Assembly (NCBI GenBank): GCA_963422375.2
Contig: OY729428.2
Coordinates: 3,328,001 to 3,392,000, forward strand
Length of the DNA stretch: 64,000 bases
DNA from: Bryobacterales bacterium
GTDB taxonomy: Bacteria; Acidobacteriota; Terriglobia; Bryobacterales; UBA6623
Direction of reading: 5' to 3'
Shown here in pieces: positions 1 to 9,229 of this stretch (positions are counted from its first letter, which is position 1; every line of letters begins with the position of its first letter). The notes under the pieces are model-generated. The model did no database searches and was not told where the DNA came from. It saw nothing but the letters and a program-made list of their open reading frames with translations. A program made the position numbers and the translations under genes.

Positions 1-345
1 CGGATTGGCCGGCACCCGTTCTTCGAGCGCAAGGGCTTCGACATCCATATCGAGGTGCCGGTGACGCCGGCCGAGGCCGTGCTCGGCGGGAAGGTCGAGG
101 TCCCGACCATCGACGGCACGGCCGTGATGAGAATCCCGCCGGCCACCAGCTCGGGCCGGACGTTCCGGCACCGCGAGCGGGGCGTCGTGGACCCGCGCAG
201 CGGCAGGCGCGGCCACCAGTTCGTTAAGATTTTAATCGTCGTGCCGGAGATCCCGGACGAGGCCACCAAGGAGCTCATGCGTCGCTACAGCGAGCTGAAT
301 CCAGAAAACCCGCGCTCGCCGATTCTCGACGCGTCCGCACAATGA
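1..345 (+). CDS. DnaJ/CbpA-type chaperone, C-terminal part (5' truncated by window edge)
   Basis: HPFFERKG..I.IEVPVTPAEAVLGGKVEVPT...IPPATSSGRTFR..RG.Q.V.I.I.VP motif of DnaJ_C; ATGA overlap with hspR-like gene. Confidence 0.85.
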   Translation, partial: RIGRHPFFERKGFDIHIEVPVTPAEAVLGGKVEVPTIDGTAVMRIPPATSSGRTFRHRERGVVDPRSGRRGHQFVKILIVVPEIPDEATKELMRRYSELNPENPRSPILDASAQ

Positions 346-779
346 GCAAGAAGCGGACGACACAGGGCCTCTACACGATCTCGGTCGTGGCGGACCGCTT
401 CGGGGTCCATCCGCAGACGCTGCGGCTGTACGAGCGCGAAGGCCTGCTGCAGCCGTCCCGCACGGAAGGCAACACCCGCCTCTACACCGACGCGGACATG
501 GAGCGGCTCGAAGTGATCCTCTCGCTGAGGCGGGATCTCGGCGTGAATCTGGCCGGCGTGGAGATCATCCTGACCATGCGCAGCAAGATGGACGCCATGC
601 AGCTCCAGATGCGCGAGTTCGTGAAGTACGTGAACAATTCGATGGGCTGGGCGGAGGACGACGAGGACGACCCGCTGTCGAGCGCCCTGACACTCGTGCG
701 GACGCGCCCTCCGGCCAAGGAGCCGGAGGATCCGGCCGCGACGGCGCGCCCGGCCGAACCCGAGATTCTCGACAGCTGA
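342..779 (+). CDS. hspR: MerR-family heat-shock repressor HspR-like
   Basis: YTISVVA..FGVHPQTLRLYEREGLLQPSRTEGNTRLYT..D..LGVNLAGVEIIL; coupled to dnaJ-like gene. Confidence 0.85.
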   Translation: MSKKRTTQGLYTISVVADRFGVHPQTLRLYEREGLLQPSRTEGNTRLYTDADMERLEVILSLRRDLGVNLAGVEIILTMRSKMDAMQLQMREFVKYVNNSMGWAEDDEDDPLSSALTLVRTRPPAKEPEDPAATARPAEPEILDS

Positions 780-814
780 GACCGGTTCGGGGCCACTGCC
801 TCGGCCCGGCGCCG

Positions 815-2173
815 CTACGCCAGACGACCTAGAGCGCGGAGGATTACGTCAATCAAACCGACAGCTTTCAGGAAGACGATCACGATACACACCGGCACGG
901 GATACTTGAGAATCAGCAGCCACGCGGCGTAGAACCTGCCGAGAGCGCCGCCGGTCTCGAATTCCTTGCGTCGCAGGGCACCGTCCATCTTCCAAGCCAC
1001 GAAGAGCGCGATGCCCAGCCCGCCCAGCGGCAGCAACCAGTTGGAGACCACGTAGTCCACCCTTGCGAACCAGGCCTCGCTGATCGTGGCGGGAATGCCT
1101 AGGGCAGCCACGCTGACACCCGCGACGACGCACCCCTTCCGGCGCGAGAAGCCGCACTCCTCTTGAAGGAACGCGCAGGCCACCTCGAACATGGCGATGG
1201 CGCTGGTCAAGGCCGCGAACACCAGCATCACGAAGAACGCCACCGATAGGAGCGTGCCCCCCGTCATCTGGGACAGGGCGAGGGGCAGGGTGACGAACAG
1301 CAGGCCGGCTCCGGCTCCGGGCTCGAGACCGAACGTGAACACGATCGGAAACAGGACCAGCGACGCTACCAGCGCCACGAGCGTGTCGGTCCCGGCGGTG
1401 GCCAGCGAAGCCGAGGTGAGATCGTCCCGGCGGCTCAGGTAGCTCCCGTAGGTGATCATCGCGCCCATGCCGAGGCTGAGCGTGAAGAATGCATGGCCGA
1501 GGGCCTCCAGCACGCCGGCGGCCGTCAGGCTGTCGGTGCGCATGCCGAAGAGGAAGTCGATCCCCCTGGCCCAGCCCTCCAAGGTCATGGAGTTCACCAT
1601 GAGGATGACCAGCAGGACCAGCAGCGCCGGCATCATGATGCGCGCCCAGCGCTCGATGCCGTGCGCAACGCCCGCCGACACGACGCCCGCTGTCAGGACA
1701 AGGAACGCCAGCTGCCAGAACACGCCGAGCGAGGGGTTGGCCTTCAGAGCCTCGAAGAGGCCCTGCACCTGTTCGGGGGACGCGCCGGCGATGCTGTCTC
1801 TGAGGGCAAGTTGCGCGAAATGCATCGCCCAGCCGGCCACGGTCGAGTAGTAGGAGAGAAGCGCGAAGCCGGCGATTACGCCGAGGAAGCCGACCCCAGG
1901 CCACAGGAGCTGCGACCCGCCCAGCTTGCGGAACGAATTCACGGGCGACGACTGGCCCGCGCGCCCGAGCATGATCTCGGCGATCATGACGGGCACGCCG
2001 ACGCCCAGGATGCAGAGCAGGTAGATCAGAACGAAGGCCCCGCCTCCGTTCTCGCCCGTGATGTAGGGGAATTTCCAGATGTTCCCCAAGCCGACGGCGG
2101 ATCCCGCCGCGGCCAAGATGAATCCGGCGGGGGACTTCCATTGCGCCCTCAGTGCGCCTTGCTCGATCGGCAT
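815..2173 (-). CDS. Sodium-dependent transporter, NSS/SNF family
   Basis: GFILAAAGSAVGLGNIWKFPY...ENGGGAF; AFFTLSLGMGAMITYGSY; multiple TM helices; start uncertain (2173 or 2191). Confidence 0.92.
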   Translation of the reverse strand: MPIEQGALRAQWKSPAGFILAAAGSAVGLGNIWKFPYITGENGGGAFVLIYLLCILGVGVPVMIAEIMLGRAGQSSPVNSFRKLGGSQLLWPGVGFLGVIAGFALLSYYSTVAGWAMHFAQLALRDSIAGASPEQVQGLFEALKANPSLGVFWQLAFLVLTAGVVSAGVAHGIERWARIMMPALLVLLVILMVNSMTLEGWARGIDFLFGMRTDSLTAAGVLEALGHAFFTLSLGMGAMITYGSYLSRRDDLTSASLATAGTDTLVALVASLVLFPIVFTFGLEPGAGAGLLFVTLPLALSQMTGGTLLSVAFFVMLVFAALTSAIAMFEVACAFLQEECGFSRRKGCVVAGVSVAALGIPATISEAWFARVDYVVSNWLLPLGGLGIALFVAWKMDGALRRKEFETGGALGRFYAAWLLILKYPVPVCIVIVFLKAVGLIDVILRALGRLA

Positions 2174-2215
2174 GCCTGCTGCTCCCTCCAAGGGTTTCGA
2201 TAGCGGGCGATAGGC

Positions 2216-3568
2216 CTACGCGGCCGCGGCGGGGAGGTCCTCGTCGATCCCCGTCTCGCCCTCCGACTTCGCGATGATCGCCGCTCCGCAGGAATCGCTG
2301 AACACGTTCACGACCGTGCGGTACATGTCCAGCGGCCGATCCACGGCCAGCATGGCACCCACGATCAGATCCACGTTCGGGCCGGTCAGATTGACTGCCT
2401 CTAGCACGATGAAGATCACTACGAGCCCGGCGGACGGCACGGCGGCGGCCCCGATCGACGCCAGCAGCGCCGTGAAGACCACGAGCAGCTGCTGCTCGAT
2501 GCCAAGCGGCACTCCCATCACCTGCGCTATGAACAGCACGCCCGCGCACTCGTACAGCGCGGTGCCGTCCATGTTGATCGTCGCCCCCATCGGCAGGACG
2601 AACGAGGTCACCCGGTTGGACACGCCGACCCGGTTCTCCACGGCGTCGATCGTCACCGGAAGCGTCGCGCCCGACGAGCTGGTGGAGAAGGCCATCACGA
2701 TCGGCTGGAGCATGTTCCTGAAGTGGTTCATCGGATTGATGCCCCCGAGAAAGCGCAGCACCAGCGGCATGGTGACGAGGAGATGCAGGGTCAGGGCGCA
2801 GACGAGCATGAACGCGTACATGCCCAGCGTCTTGAAGGCGCCCAGGCCGGTGGTCCCCATCAGCCTGGCGATCAGGGCGAACACGCCGACCGGGGCAGCG
2901 ATATGGATGATGCCGCCCGTCAGCTTCATCATCGCCTCGAAGCCCGATTCGAAGAGCGCGTGGAGAGGCTCCTTGTGGCGGGGCTGGAGCGAGCTGATCG
3001 TGATCCCCAGGACGATCGAGAAGAAGATGACCGCGAGCATGTCGGTCGCGGCGAACGCGGCGAACACGTTCTCGGGCACGATGTCGAGAATGATCTCCAC
3101 CGGGGAGTTCGCTGTGCGGAGTTCCGGCATCTCCTCGGTCTCGGCGGACACGAGGTCGGCCCCATCCCCTGGTCGGATGAGGTTCACCATCGCCAGTCCG
3201 ACCACCGAAGCCAGCAGGCTCGTCAGCATGTAGTAGCCGAGCGTCTTGCTGAAGAGGCGCCCGATCCCGGCACCCGCCCCGACCGACGCGACGCCCGTGA
3301 CGATCGAGGTGACGACGAGCGGCACGATGATCATCTTCAGCAGGCGGATGAACAAGGTTCCGATCCAGCCCACCGCGTTTGCGAGAGGCTCGCCGCCAGC
3401 CAGGCCCGCGATCACCCCGGCCAGCATCGCCATCGCGATACGCCAATGCAGCTGCTGGTGCCACTTGGCACCCGGTCTGGTCTCCCTCACAGAACCCTCC
3501 GTTACGCCGCCTACAGTCGCAGCGTGCCCGACCGGCACGTTATCGGCGGCGTGCCTTGATCGTTGCAC
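2216..3568 (-). CDS. Dicarboxylate/amino acid:cation symporter (DAACS, GltP-like)
   Basis: AFSTSSSGATLP and LPMGATINMDGTALY signatures, VDRPLDMYRTVVNV; true start probably downstream of 3568. Confidence 0.92.
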   Translation of the reverse strand: MQRSRHAADNVPVGHAATVGGVTEGSVRETRPGAKWHQQLHWRIAMAMLAGVIAGLAGGEPLANAVGWIGTLFIRLLKMIIVPLVVTSIVTGVASVGAGAGIGRLFSKTLGYYMLTSLLASVVGLAMVNLIRPGDGADLVSAETEEMPELRTANSPVEIILDIVPENVFAAFAATDMLAVIFFSIVLGITISSLQPRHKEPLHALFESGFEAMMKLTGGIIHIAAPVGVFALIARLMGTTGLGAFKTLGMYAFMLVCALTLHLLVTMPLVLRFLGGINPMNHFRNMLQPIVMAFSTSSSGATLPVTIDAVENRVGVSNRVTSFVLPMGATINMDGTALYECAGVLFIAQVMGVPLGIEQQLLVVFTALLASIGAAAVPSAGLVVIFIVLEAVNLTGPNVDLIVGAMLAVDRPLDMYRTVVNVFSDSCGAAIIAKSEGETGIDEDLPAAAA

Positions 3569-3892
3569 ACCTTGCTCTCCGATACCCGGGCGTCGCGCGG
3601 CCAGAGGCCGTCGCGCACTGCGAACGGGAGCTACTGGGGCCGCTCGGACGACTTGCAGGGCGTGCTATTCTACGCTTCTAGATTCCTAGCCGACAGCCTA
3701 GGTTCTATGGGTTTCCGGCAGCGAACCGGCCATCGGCATTCGCTAGTCGCGTTCGGGCTCGCAAGTGCGCCCGATGCGGCCGGGCGCATGCGTTCTGCTG
3801 GCCGAGCGTTACCGGGTGTGCTCGACGGCAGCGGCAGTGATCGTCAACCCGGCTCGGGGTGGGCCCGGCCAGGCCGCCCGCTAGGAGGATAG

Positions 3893-5122
3893 ATGGTTTA
3901 CGATAAGCCTACATACGACATCAGTCGCACGCGACAGCCGATGAGGATGCGCGAGATCCTGCGCATCTCGGCCACTCTGGACAAACCGCAAGTCGCTCGC
4001 GAGATCATCCTCGAGTGGCTGGAGAACGAGGCCAGTACGGACCTGCCCGAACCCGCTTGGAACGGTCGCGCCTTCCATCACCAAGCCCATGACAGGACCT
4101 TTACCGCCGTCCGCGCCGAGGAAGCCGAATCGGACACCTGGGCCCTGCGCTTTGTCGGACCCGACACGACGGGAGTCGACCGCGTCTGGACGACGGAGGT
4201 CGCGATCCGCCAAGGCCCCGGCCAGGGGCACCACTTCAGCCTCAGGACCCTAGTGAAGTCCGGCGAGCTTAAGCTTCGAATCCAGCCGACTGTCCCGCGA
4301 TTCATGGAGCACGTCACCAAGGAATGCGGTCTGGAGCAAGGGGTCGCGAAGATCGAGATGGAGCCTTGGATCGTCGAGTCCGACTACGACGCGGCGAACC
4401 TGGCCGAGTTCCTAGCCGACCCCGAGCGGCGCACGCCGGCCTTCGTGCTGACGGTGCCCGAGGAGTCCGACGATCCCAACCGGCCCCTGCTCGACCCGGA
4501 GCCGCTGGTGGCAGACACCCTGGGGACCGCCAAGGTCATCGTCCTGCCCGCCGAGTTCACCTGGAAGCTGACCAACCGGTTCGGCAAGCGCCTCTCGGTC
4601 TACCGGGGCGCGATGCGCGTGTACCTAGCCGGATTCAACGATCACGCCGACCCGGAGGGCGGGCACGACCTTTTCATGCCCCACCGCATGGACACGCCGG
4701 AGTCGGCGGGGAAGCTCGGCTCCCTGCTGCGCTGGATGGCCGCGCGCGAGAGCCTGCGGCGGATGCGCCTAGACCACGACGTGGTTCCGTTCGCGTCGGT
4801 GCTCATCCCCTCGGTCGACCTCGAGAGGGAGCGCCTGGCGCAGGACGGGGCGAGCGAGGCCGAGCGCCTGGCAGCCGCGGAGCAGCACCTGCGCATCCTG
4901 GGCGAGGAATTGAAGCTGGCGATGGAGATGCAGCAGTGGCTGACCGAGGAGAACAAGGCCATCGAGAGCCGCGTCCGCGAGTCGGAGGCGAGGCTGCGCG
5001 GCCAGCAGCGCAGCCACCCGCCGCGAGACCGGGACCGTCCGCGCCCTCGGTACAGCCCGCCGTCGTATGACAGCGATCCCGAGCCGTACTCTCAGGGCAG
5101 CGGCTGGGGACGGAGGCGCTAG
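3893..5122 (+). CDS. Hypothetical protein with C-terminal coiled coil and Arg/Pro-rich tail
   Basis: 409-aa ORF, AGGAGGA RBS immediately upstream, host-like codon usage. Confidence 0.8.
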   Translation: MVYDKPTYDISRTRQPMRMREILRISATLDKPQVAREIILEWLENEASTDLPEPAWNGRAFHHQAHDRTFTAVRAEEAESDTWALRFVGPDTTGVDRVWTTEVAIRQGPGQGHHFSLRTLVKSGELKLRIQPTVPRFMEHVTKECGLEQGVAKIEMEPWIVESDYDAANLAEFLADPERRTPAFVLTVPEESDDPNRPLLDPEPLVADTLGTAKVIVLPAEFTWKLTNRFGKRLSVYRGAMRVYLAGFNDHADPEGGHDLFMPHRMDTPESAGKLGSLLRWMAARESLRRMRLDHDVVPFASVLIPSVDLERERLAQDGASEAERLAAAEQHLRILGEELKLAMEMQQWLTEENKAIESRVRESEARLRGQQRSHPPRDRDRPRPRYSPPSYDSDPEPYSQGSGWGRRR

Positions 5123-5156
5123 CCCGGCGGCCTGCGGCACGGGCGGGGATCGATCG

Positions 5157-5951
5157 ATGCCGGCGGCGGATTCTCGCGAACTACGGGGGAAGACGGCGCT
5201 AGTCACGGGCGGGTCGCGCGGCATCGGCCGCGCGGTCTGCCTCGATCTGGCGCGGCGCGGGGCGAGCGTGGCGGTCAACTTCCGGCGGCAAGCCGACGCG
5301 GCGAAGGCCGTCGCCGAGGCTGCCGAGGAACTGGGCGCGCGAGCGCTGGCAGTGCGGGCCGACGTGTCCGATAGAACCGCGGTCACGGCCATGCTCGAGC
5401 GGGTGGCGCGCGAGCTCGGCAGGCCCGACATTCTGGTCAACAACGCCGGGCTGCTCCACCCCGGACGGCTGCTCGACTACGACGAGGAGGAGTTCGACCG
5501 TATGTGGGCCGTCAACGTCAAGGGCGTGCTGCACTGCTCCGCGGCCACGGCCCCCGGCATGATCGAGCGCGGATGGGGCCGGATCGTCAATCTGGCATCC
5601 AACGCGGCCATCGGCACGGCGCTGCCCGGCACGACGCTCTACGCGGTCACGAAGGGCGCCGTGTTGACGCTGACGAAGCGCCTGGCGTTCGAGCTCTCCC
5701 CGAACGGCATCACGGTCAACGCCGTCCTGCCGGGCTTCACCAAGACCGACATGGTGCTGTCGGGCAAGAGCCCTTCCGAGGTGGAGCGGCTGCTCGAGAA
5801 TGTATCGTCCCGGTCGCTGGTCGGACGCACCGGGGATCCGGAGGACATCGCCAGCGTGACGGGCTTTCTGTGCTCGCCGGCCAGCGGCTTCATGACGGGC
5901 CAGTACCTGCTGGCCGACGGCGGCCGCACGGACTACATCACGCGGGTGTAG
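5157..5951 (+). CDS. Short-chain dehydrogenase/reductase (SDR, FabG-like)
   Basis: TGGSRGIG, LVNNAG, YAVTK catalytic motif, ITVNAVLPG, DGG. Confidence 0.92.
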   Translation: MPAADSRELRGKTALVTGGSRGIGRAVCLDLARRGASVAVNFRRQADAAKAVAEAAEELGARALAVRADVSDRTAVTAMLERVARELGRPDILVNNAGLLHPGRLLDYDEEEFDRMWAVNVKGVLHCSAATAPGMIERGWGRIVNLASNAAIGTALPGTTLYAVTKGAVLTLTKRLAFELSPNGITVNAVLPGFTKTDMVLSGKSPSEVERLLENVSSRSLVGRTGDPEDIASVTGFLCSPASGFMTGQYLLADGGRTDYITRV

Positions 5952-6067
5952 CGGTATCGTACTGAAGCCACGCGACAGTACGACCGAAACTCGTTGGAGT
6001 TGCGTGACTCGGCAAGCTCTGCGAGGAACGATCCAGATCCGGAGCTACTGAGGAGCGCAAAAGTCTT

Positions 6068-7061
6068 CCTGATTACCCACAAGACTCAGCCAAGGTTAGG
6101 AGGCGGTAAGGCATGGGCGGGGTGCGCACGGAGGCGTGGAGCAGGCGGGGGACCAGCACCTCCAGATCGTAGCGGCGGTTGAAGCGGTAGCGGAACTCGG
6201 CGAGGTACCGCGGCAGGTGCTTGCCGTGGAGCGCATGGCAGGTTCCCGCCAGGGACTGCTTGACGTTCGCCAGCATCGTGCTGACCCGGAAGAAGCGGGA
6301 ATCCCCGCAGCTCCGCTGCCCGCCTGCGGTGACGGTCGGCACGTGCTCGCAGCCGGCGTCGGCCACGCCCCGGAAGCAGGCCGGGCCGTCGGAATGCACC
6401 TCCGTGCCGGGCTGCAGGTGCCGCCCGGCCCACGCTGCCAGCGTCTTCTTGCGCAAGCCCGCCACGCCGCTCAGGCGCATCCTTGCCGGCTGGCCGGCGG
6501 CGCTGACCTGCACGGCGGCGACGAACGGCGTCTTGCCCGCCGCGCCGCGACCGCGCTGGCCGCCGGTCCGCTCCCCGCCCCGGTAGGCGTCGTCCACCTG
6601 CACGATGCCGCCCGGCGGCACGCGCTCGTCGCGCTCCTTCAGCACTGGCAGGAGCTTGTGCTTCACCTTCCAGGCCGTGTTCCGGCTCACGCCCAGCTGC
6701 CGCGCCAGTTCCAGCGACGAAACGCCGTGCTGGCCCGGCGTCAGCAGGTGGAGCGCCGGGAACCAGACGGTCAGCGGCAGCTTGGTGGCGGCCAAGATCG
6801 TGCCGGCAACGAGGGAGGTCCGGCGGTGGCAGGCATGGCACTGCCAGAGCTTGCGGGAGCGGATGCGGCAGTGCCGTCGGGCGTTGAAGACGGCCTGCTC
6901 GCATGGCCCCTCGCTGCCGTAGCGCTGCAGGAACTTGCCCAGGCTGAGTCCCTTCTGGAATTGCACGCGATTGCGTTTCATCAGCTATCCCCTTTCCTGT
7001 CAGAGGTTTCTGACCTCCTCCAGTATAGCATATCCTCGGCTGACGTTCGTTGGTAATCAGG
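6068..7061 (-). mobile_element. IS1595-family insertion sequence
   Basis: 28-bp imperfect TIR CCTGATTACC-N8-TCAGCCRAGG at 6068-6095 and 7034-7061 around the transposase. Confidence 0.85.
6073..6981 (-). CDS. IS1595-family transposase (degenerate; N-terminal Zn-ribbon CPxCG apparently deleted)
   Basis: MKRNRVQFQKGLSL, VQVDDAY, HSDG, RYLAEFRYRFNRR. Confidence 0.85.
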   Translation of the reverse strand: MKRNRVQFQKGLSLGKFLQRYGSEGPCEQAVFNARRHCRIRSRKLWQCHACHRRTSLVAGTILAATKLPLTVWFPALHLLTPGQHGVSSLELARQLGVSRNTAWKVKHKLLPVLKERDERVPPGGIVQVDDAYRGGERTGGQRGRGAAGKTPFVAAVQVSAAGQPARMRLSGVAGLRKKTLAAWAGRHLQPGTEVHSDGPACFRGVADAGCEHVPTVTAGGQRSCGDSRFFRVSTMLANVKQSLAGTCHALHGKHLPRYLAEFRYRFNRRYDLEVLVPRLLHASVRTPPMPYRLLTLAESCG

Positions 7062-7076
7062 AAGACTTTTGCGCCT

Positions 7077-9229
7077 GAGCCTTTTGCAAAATTCAGAAAA
7101 GAGGGCTGACCGCCCCATGAACAACTAGTTTCCGGGCTGTTATTCTCGCCGAAAAAGACCCCCTTCAGCTGGGCTTGCTCCGCTGCGGGGCGCTCCTGCG
7201 AGGAGCGGCCCCGTGCAGGCGCAGCTCTCCCGGCCCGGCCCTGCGGGCGGGCGCTCTTCCCGGCTGTCCCGGCGGCCCGGGCTCTCGGAGCGCCAGGCGC
7301 AGGAGCTGCGCGACCGTCAGCGCGAGCACGCCGAACAGGAGGTGGCACAGCACCTTGCCGTGGCCGCGGACGCGCACGCGGCGCCCGCCGCAATCGTCCT
7401 TCAGGCGGCCGTTGACACGCTCCACCGTCGAGCGCTCCCGGTAGCGCAGCTTGGCGGGATCCGCCCGCCCGGCGCTGCGCAGCGCCTTGGCCTCCCGTGC
7501 CAGATCCGCCTGCAGCTCCGTCCGGCCGCGCGGGTTGACAGCGATGAGCGGCACGTGCCCGAGCCGCTCGCTGAAGGCCCGGATGCCGGCCGCGTCGTAC
7601 GCGCTGTCCATCCGGTCTCGTACAGGTTGTCGACGCGGCCCGCGGTCCGTGTCGCCAGCGGGATCGCGGCCTGATCGCGGCCTGATCGCGGCCTGGCTGT
7701 CGTGCAGCGAAGCCGCGGCGAGCAGGCAGCTGACCGGGATCCCGCCGTCGATCGCGTCGATATGCAGCTTGTAGCCATGCAGCTTGTAGCCGCGCCAGCT
7801 GACGGTATGGCCCTTGGCGTTGCGCTTGGTGCCGGTATCGCAGCCCTGCGGCAGGTCGTGCAGCATTGCTTCGAGATTCAGGTCGGGCTGCCGCGCCAGT
7901 CGGCGTGGAGCGGGCGGCCGCTGCTCGCCCTTGCGAGGGCGCCCGCGCTTGCGTTTCGGCTCCGGTTCCGGCGCGGGCTTCCCGGCGGGCCGCTCGCGGC
8001 CCTCGATGGCGGTCGAGTCGCGCGAGACGTGCCCTGCCAACCCTGCCAAGTGGCCGTCGAGCGCCCGCGCGAGCAGCGCCTGGTGCAAGCGTCCGGGCAG
8101 TTCGCCGGCGGCGAACTCGGCGCAGGCGCGCGAGAAGGTTGCCTCGCTGGACACGGCCCCGGCCAGGTCCCGGCCGCACAGTCGGCGCAGGGTGTGACCG
8201 GTCTGCAGGCGCTCGACCAGCGAGCGCGTAGTGGGCTGGTCGAAGACGGCCTTGGCGATGAAAGCGCGCGCCATGGCGGCGCGGCTTGCGAGGGGGCGGC
8301 CGCGGCCGCCCTGCCCGACGGGCAGGCAGTCCTCGACCTGCGCCAGTTCCACCGCTTGGACGAAGCTGCGGCAGCGCTCGCCGAGGGCGCCGAGTTCCTG
8401 CTCGAGCCAGGGGAACAGCCCCTGCTGGAACGTGAACCAGTACGCGGATACGGTTTCTATCAAGGACATATTCGTTGAATCCTGCCAGCTGCTTACTAGG
8501 ATTTCATTACAATAATAGCACACAGGGCAAGGGATTGACAGGAAACTCAAAACGCAGACAAGCCATTAAAACTACATTTACTACAGTCCTATTCCATTGA
8601 TTATATCGAATACTTAATAGACTAATTAAATGATAATGCTATTAGCTCGGGATTCTTGCAAAAGGCTCATGCTGAACGACCTGCCGAAGGACTGCCATAC
8701 CGGCACCAAGCGCAACGCCAAGGGCCATACCGTCAGCTGGCGCGGCTACAAGCTGCATGGATGGCTACAAGCTGCATATCGACGCGATCGACGGCGGGAT
8801 CCCCGTCAGCTGCCTGCTCGCCGCGGCTTCGCTGCACGACAGCCAGGCCGCAATCCCGCTGGCAACACTGACCGCGGGCCGCGTCGACAACCTGTACGAC
8901 CTGATGGACAGCGCGCACGACGCGGCCGGCATCCGGGCCTTCAGCGAGCGGCTCGGGCACGTGCCGCTCATCGCTGTCAACCCGCGCGGCCGTCGCGCAG
9001 CTCCTGCGCCTGGCGCCCTGAGAGCCCGGGCCGCCGGGACAGCCGCGAAGAGCGCCCGCCCGCAGGGCCGGGCCGGGAGAGCTGCGCCTGCACGGGGCCG
9101 CTCCTCGCAGGAGCGCCCCGCAGCGGAGCAAGCCCAGCTGAAGGGGGTCTTTTTCGGCGAGAATAACAGCCCGGAAACTAGTCGTTCATGGGGCGGTCAG
9201 CCCTCTTTTCTGAATTTTGCAAAAGGCTC
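7077..9229. mobile_element. Composite IS copy 1: full IS5/IS1182-like element (7077-8668, - strand) fused to an inverted 3' partial copy (8669-9229, + strand)
   Basis: Ends GAGCCTTTTGCAAAATTCAG / CTGAATTTTGCAAAAGGCTC; internal left end ...TTCTTGCAAAAGGCTC at 8668; 4-bp TSD GCCT (7073-7076, 9230-9233). Confidence 0.9.
7165..8469 (-). CDS. DDE transposase (IS5/IS1182-like), degenerate, with compensated internal frameshift
   Basis: GHVSRDSTAIE, GYKLHID, HDSQ, MDSAYD, RYRERSTVERVNGRLKD; +22 bp duplication and +2 bp insertion restore the frame. Confidence 0.8.
   Translation of the reverse strand: MSLIETVSAYWFTFQQGLFPWLEQELGALGERCRSFVQAVELAQVEDCLPVGQGGRGRPLASRAAMARAFIAKAVFDQPTTRSLVERLQTGHTLRRLCGRDLAGAVSSEATFSRACAEFAAGELPGRLHQALLARALDGHLAGLAGHVSRDSTAIEGRERPAGKPAPEPEPKRKRGRPRKGEQRPPAPRRLARQPDLNLEAMLHDLPQGCDTGTKRNAKGHTVSWRGYKLHGYKLHIDAIDGGIPVSCLLAAASLHDSQAAIRPRSGRDPAGDTDRGPRRQPVRDRMDSAYDAAGIRAFSERLGHVPLIAVNPRGRTELQADLAREAKALRSAGRADPAKLRYRERSTVERVNGRLKDDCGGRRVRVRGHGKVLCHLLFGVLALTVAQLLRLALREPGPPGQPGRAPARRAGPGELRLHGAAPRRSAPQRSKPS

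Noticed and set aside
849..3464. Very long alternative-frame ORFs (849..3464, 6086..8179, 13417..15546, 11954..13495 and others)
   Set aside because: Arg/Ala/Gly/Pro-rich shadows of recognisable genes, expected in high-GC DNA
5957..5983. Hairpin TCGTACTG-N11-CAGTACGA after the SDR gene (terminator or LexA-like box)
   Set aside because: No U-tract; spacing is N11 rather than the CTG-N10-CAG of the E. coli SOS box
7663..7800. Short direct repeats as a possible CRISPR array
   Set aside because: Repeats are 9-15 bp, directly adjacent without spacers, inside transposases; no cas genes
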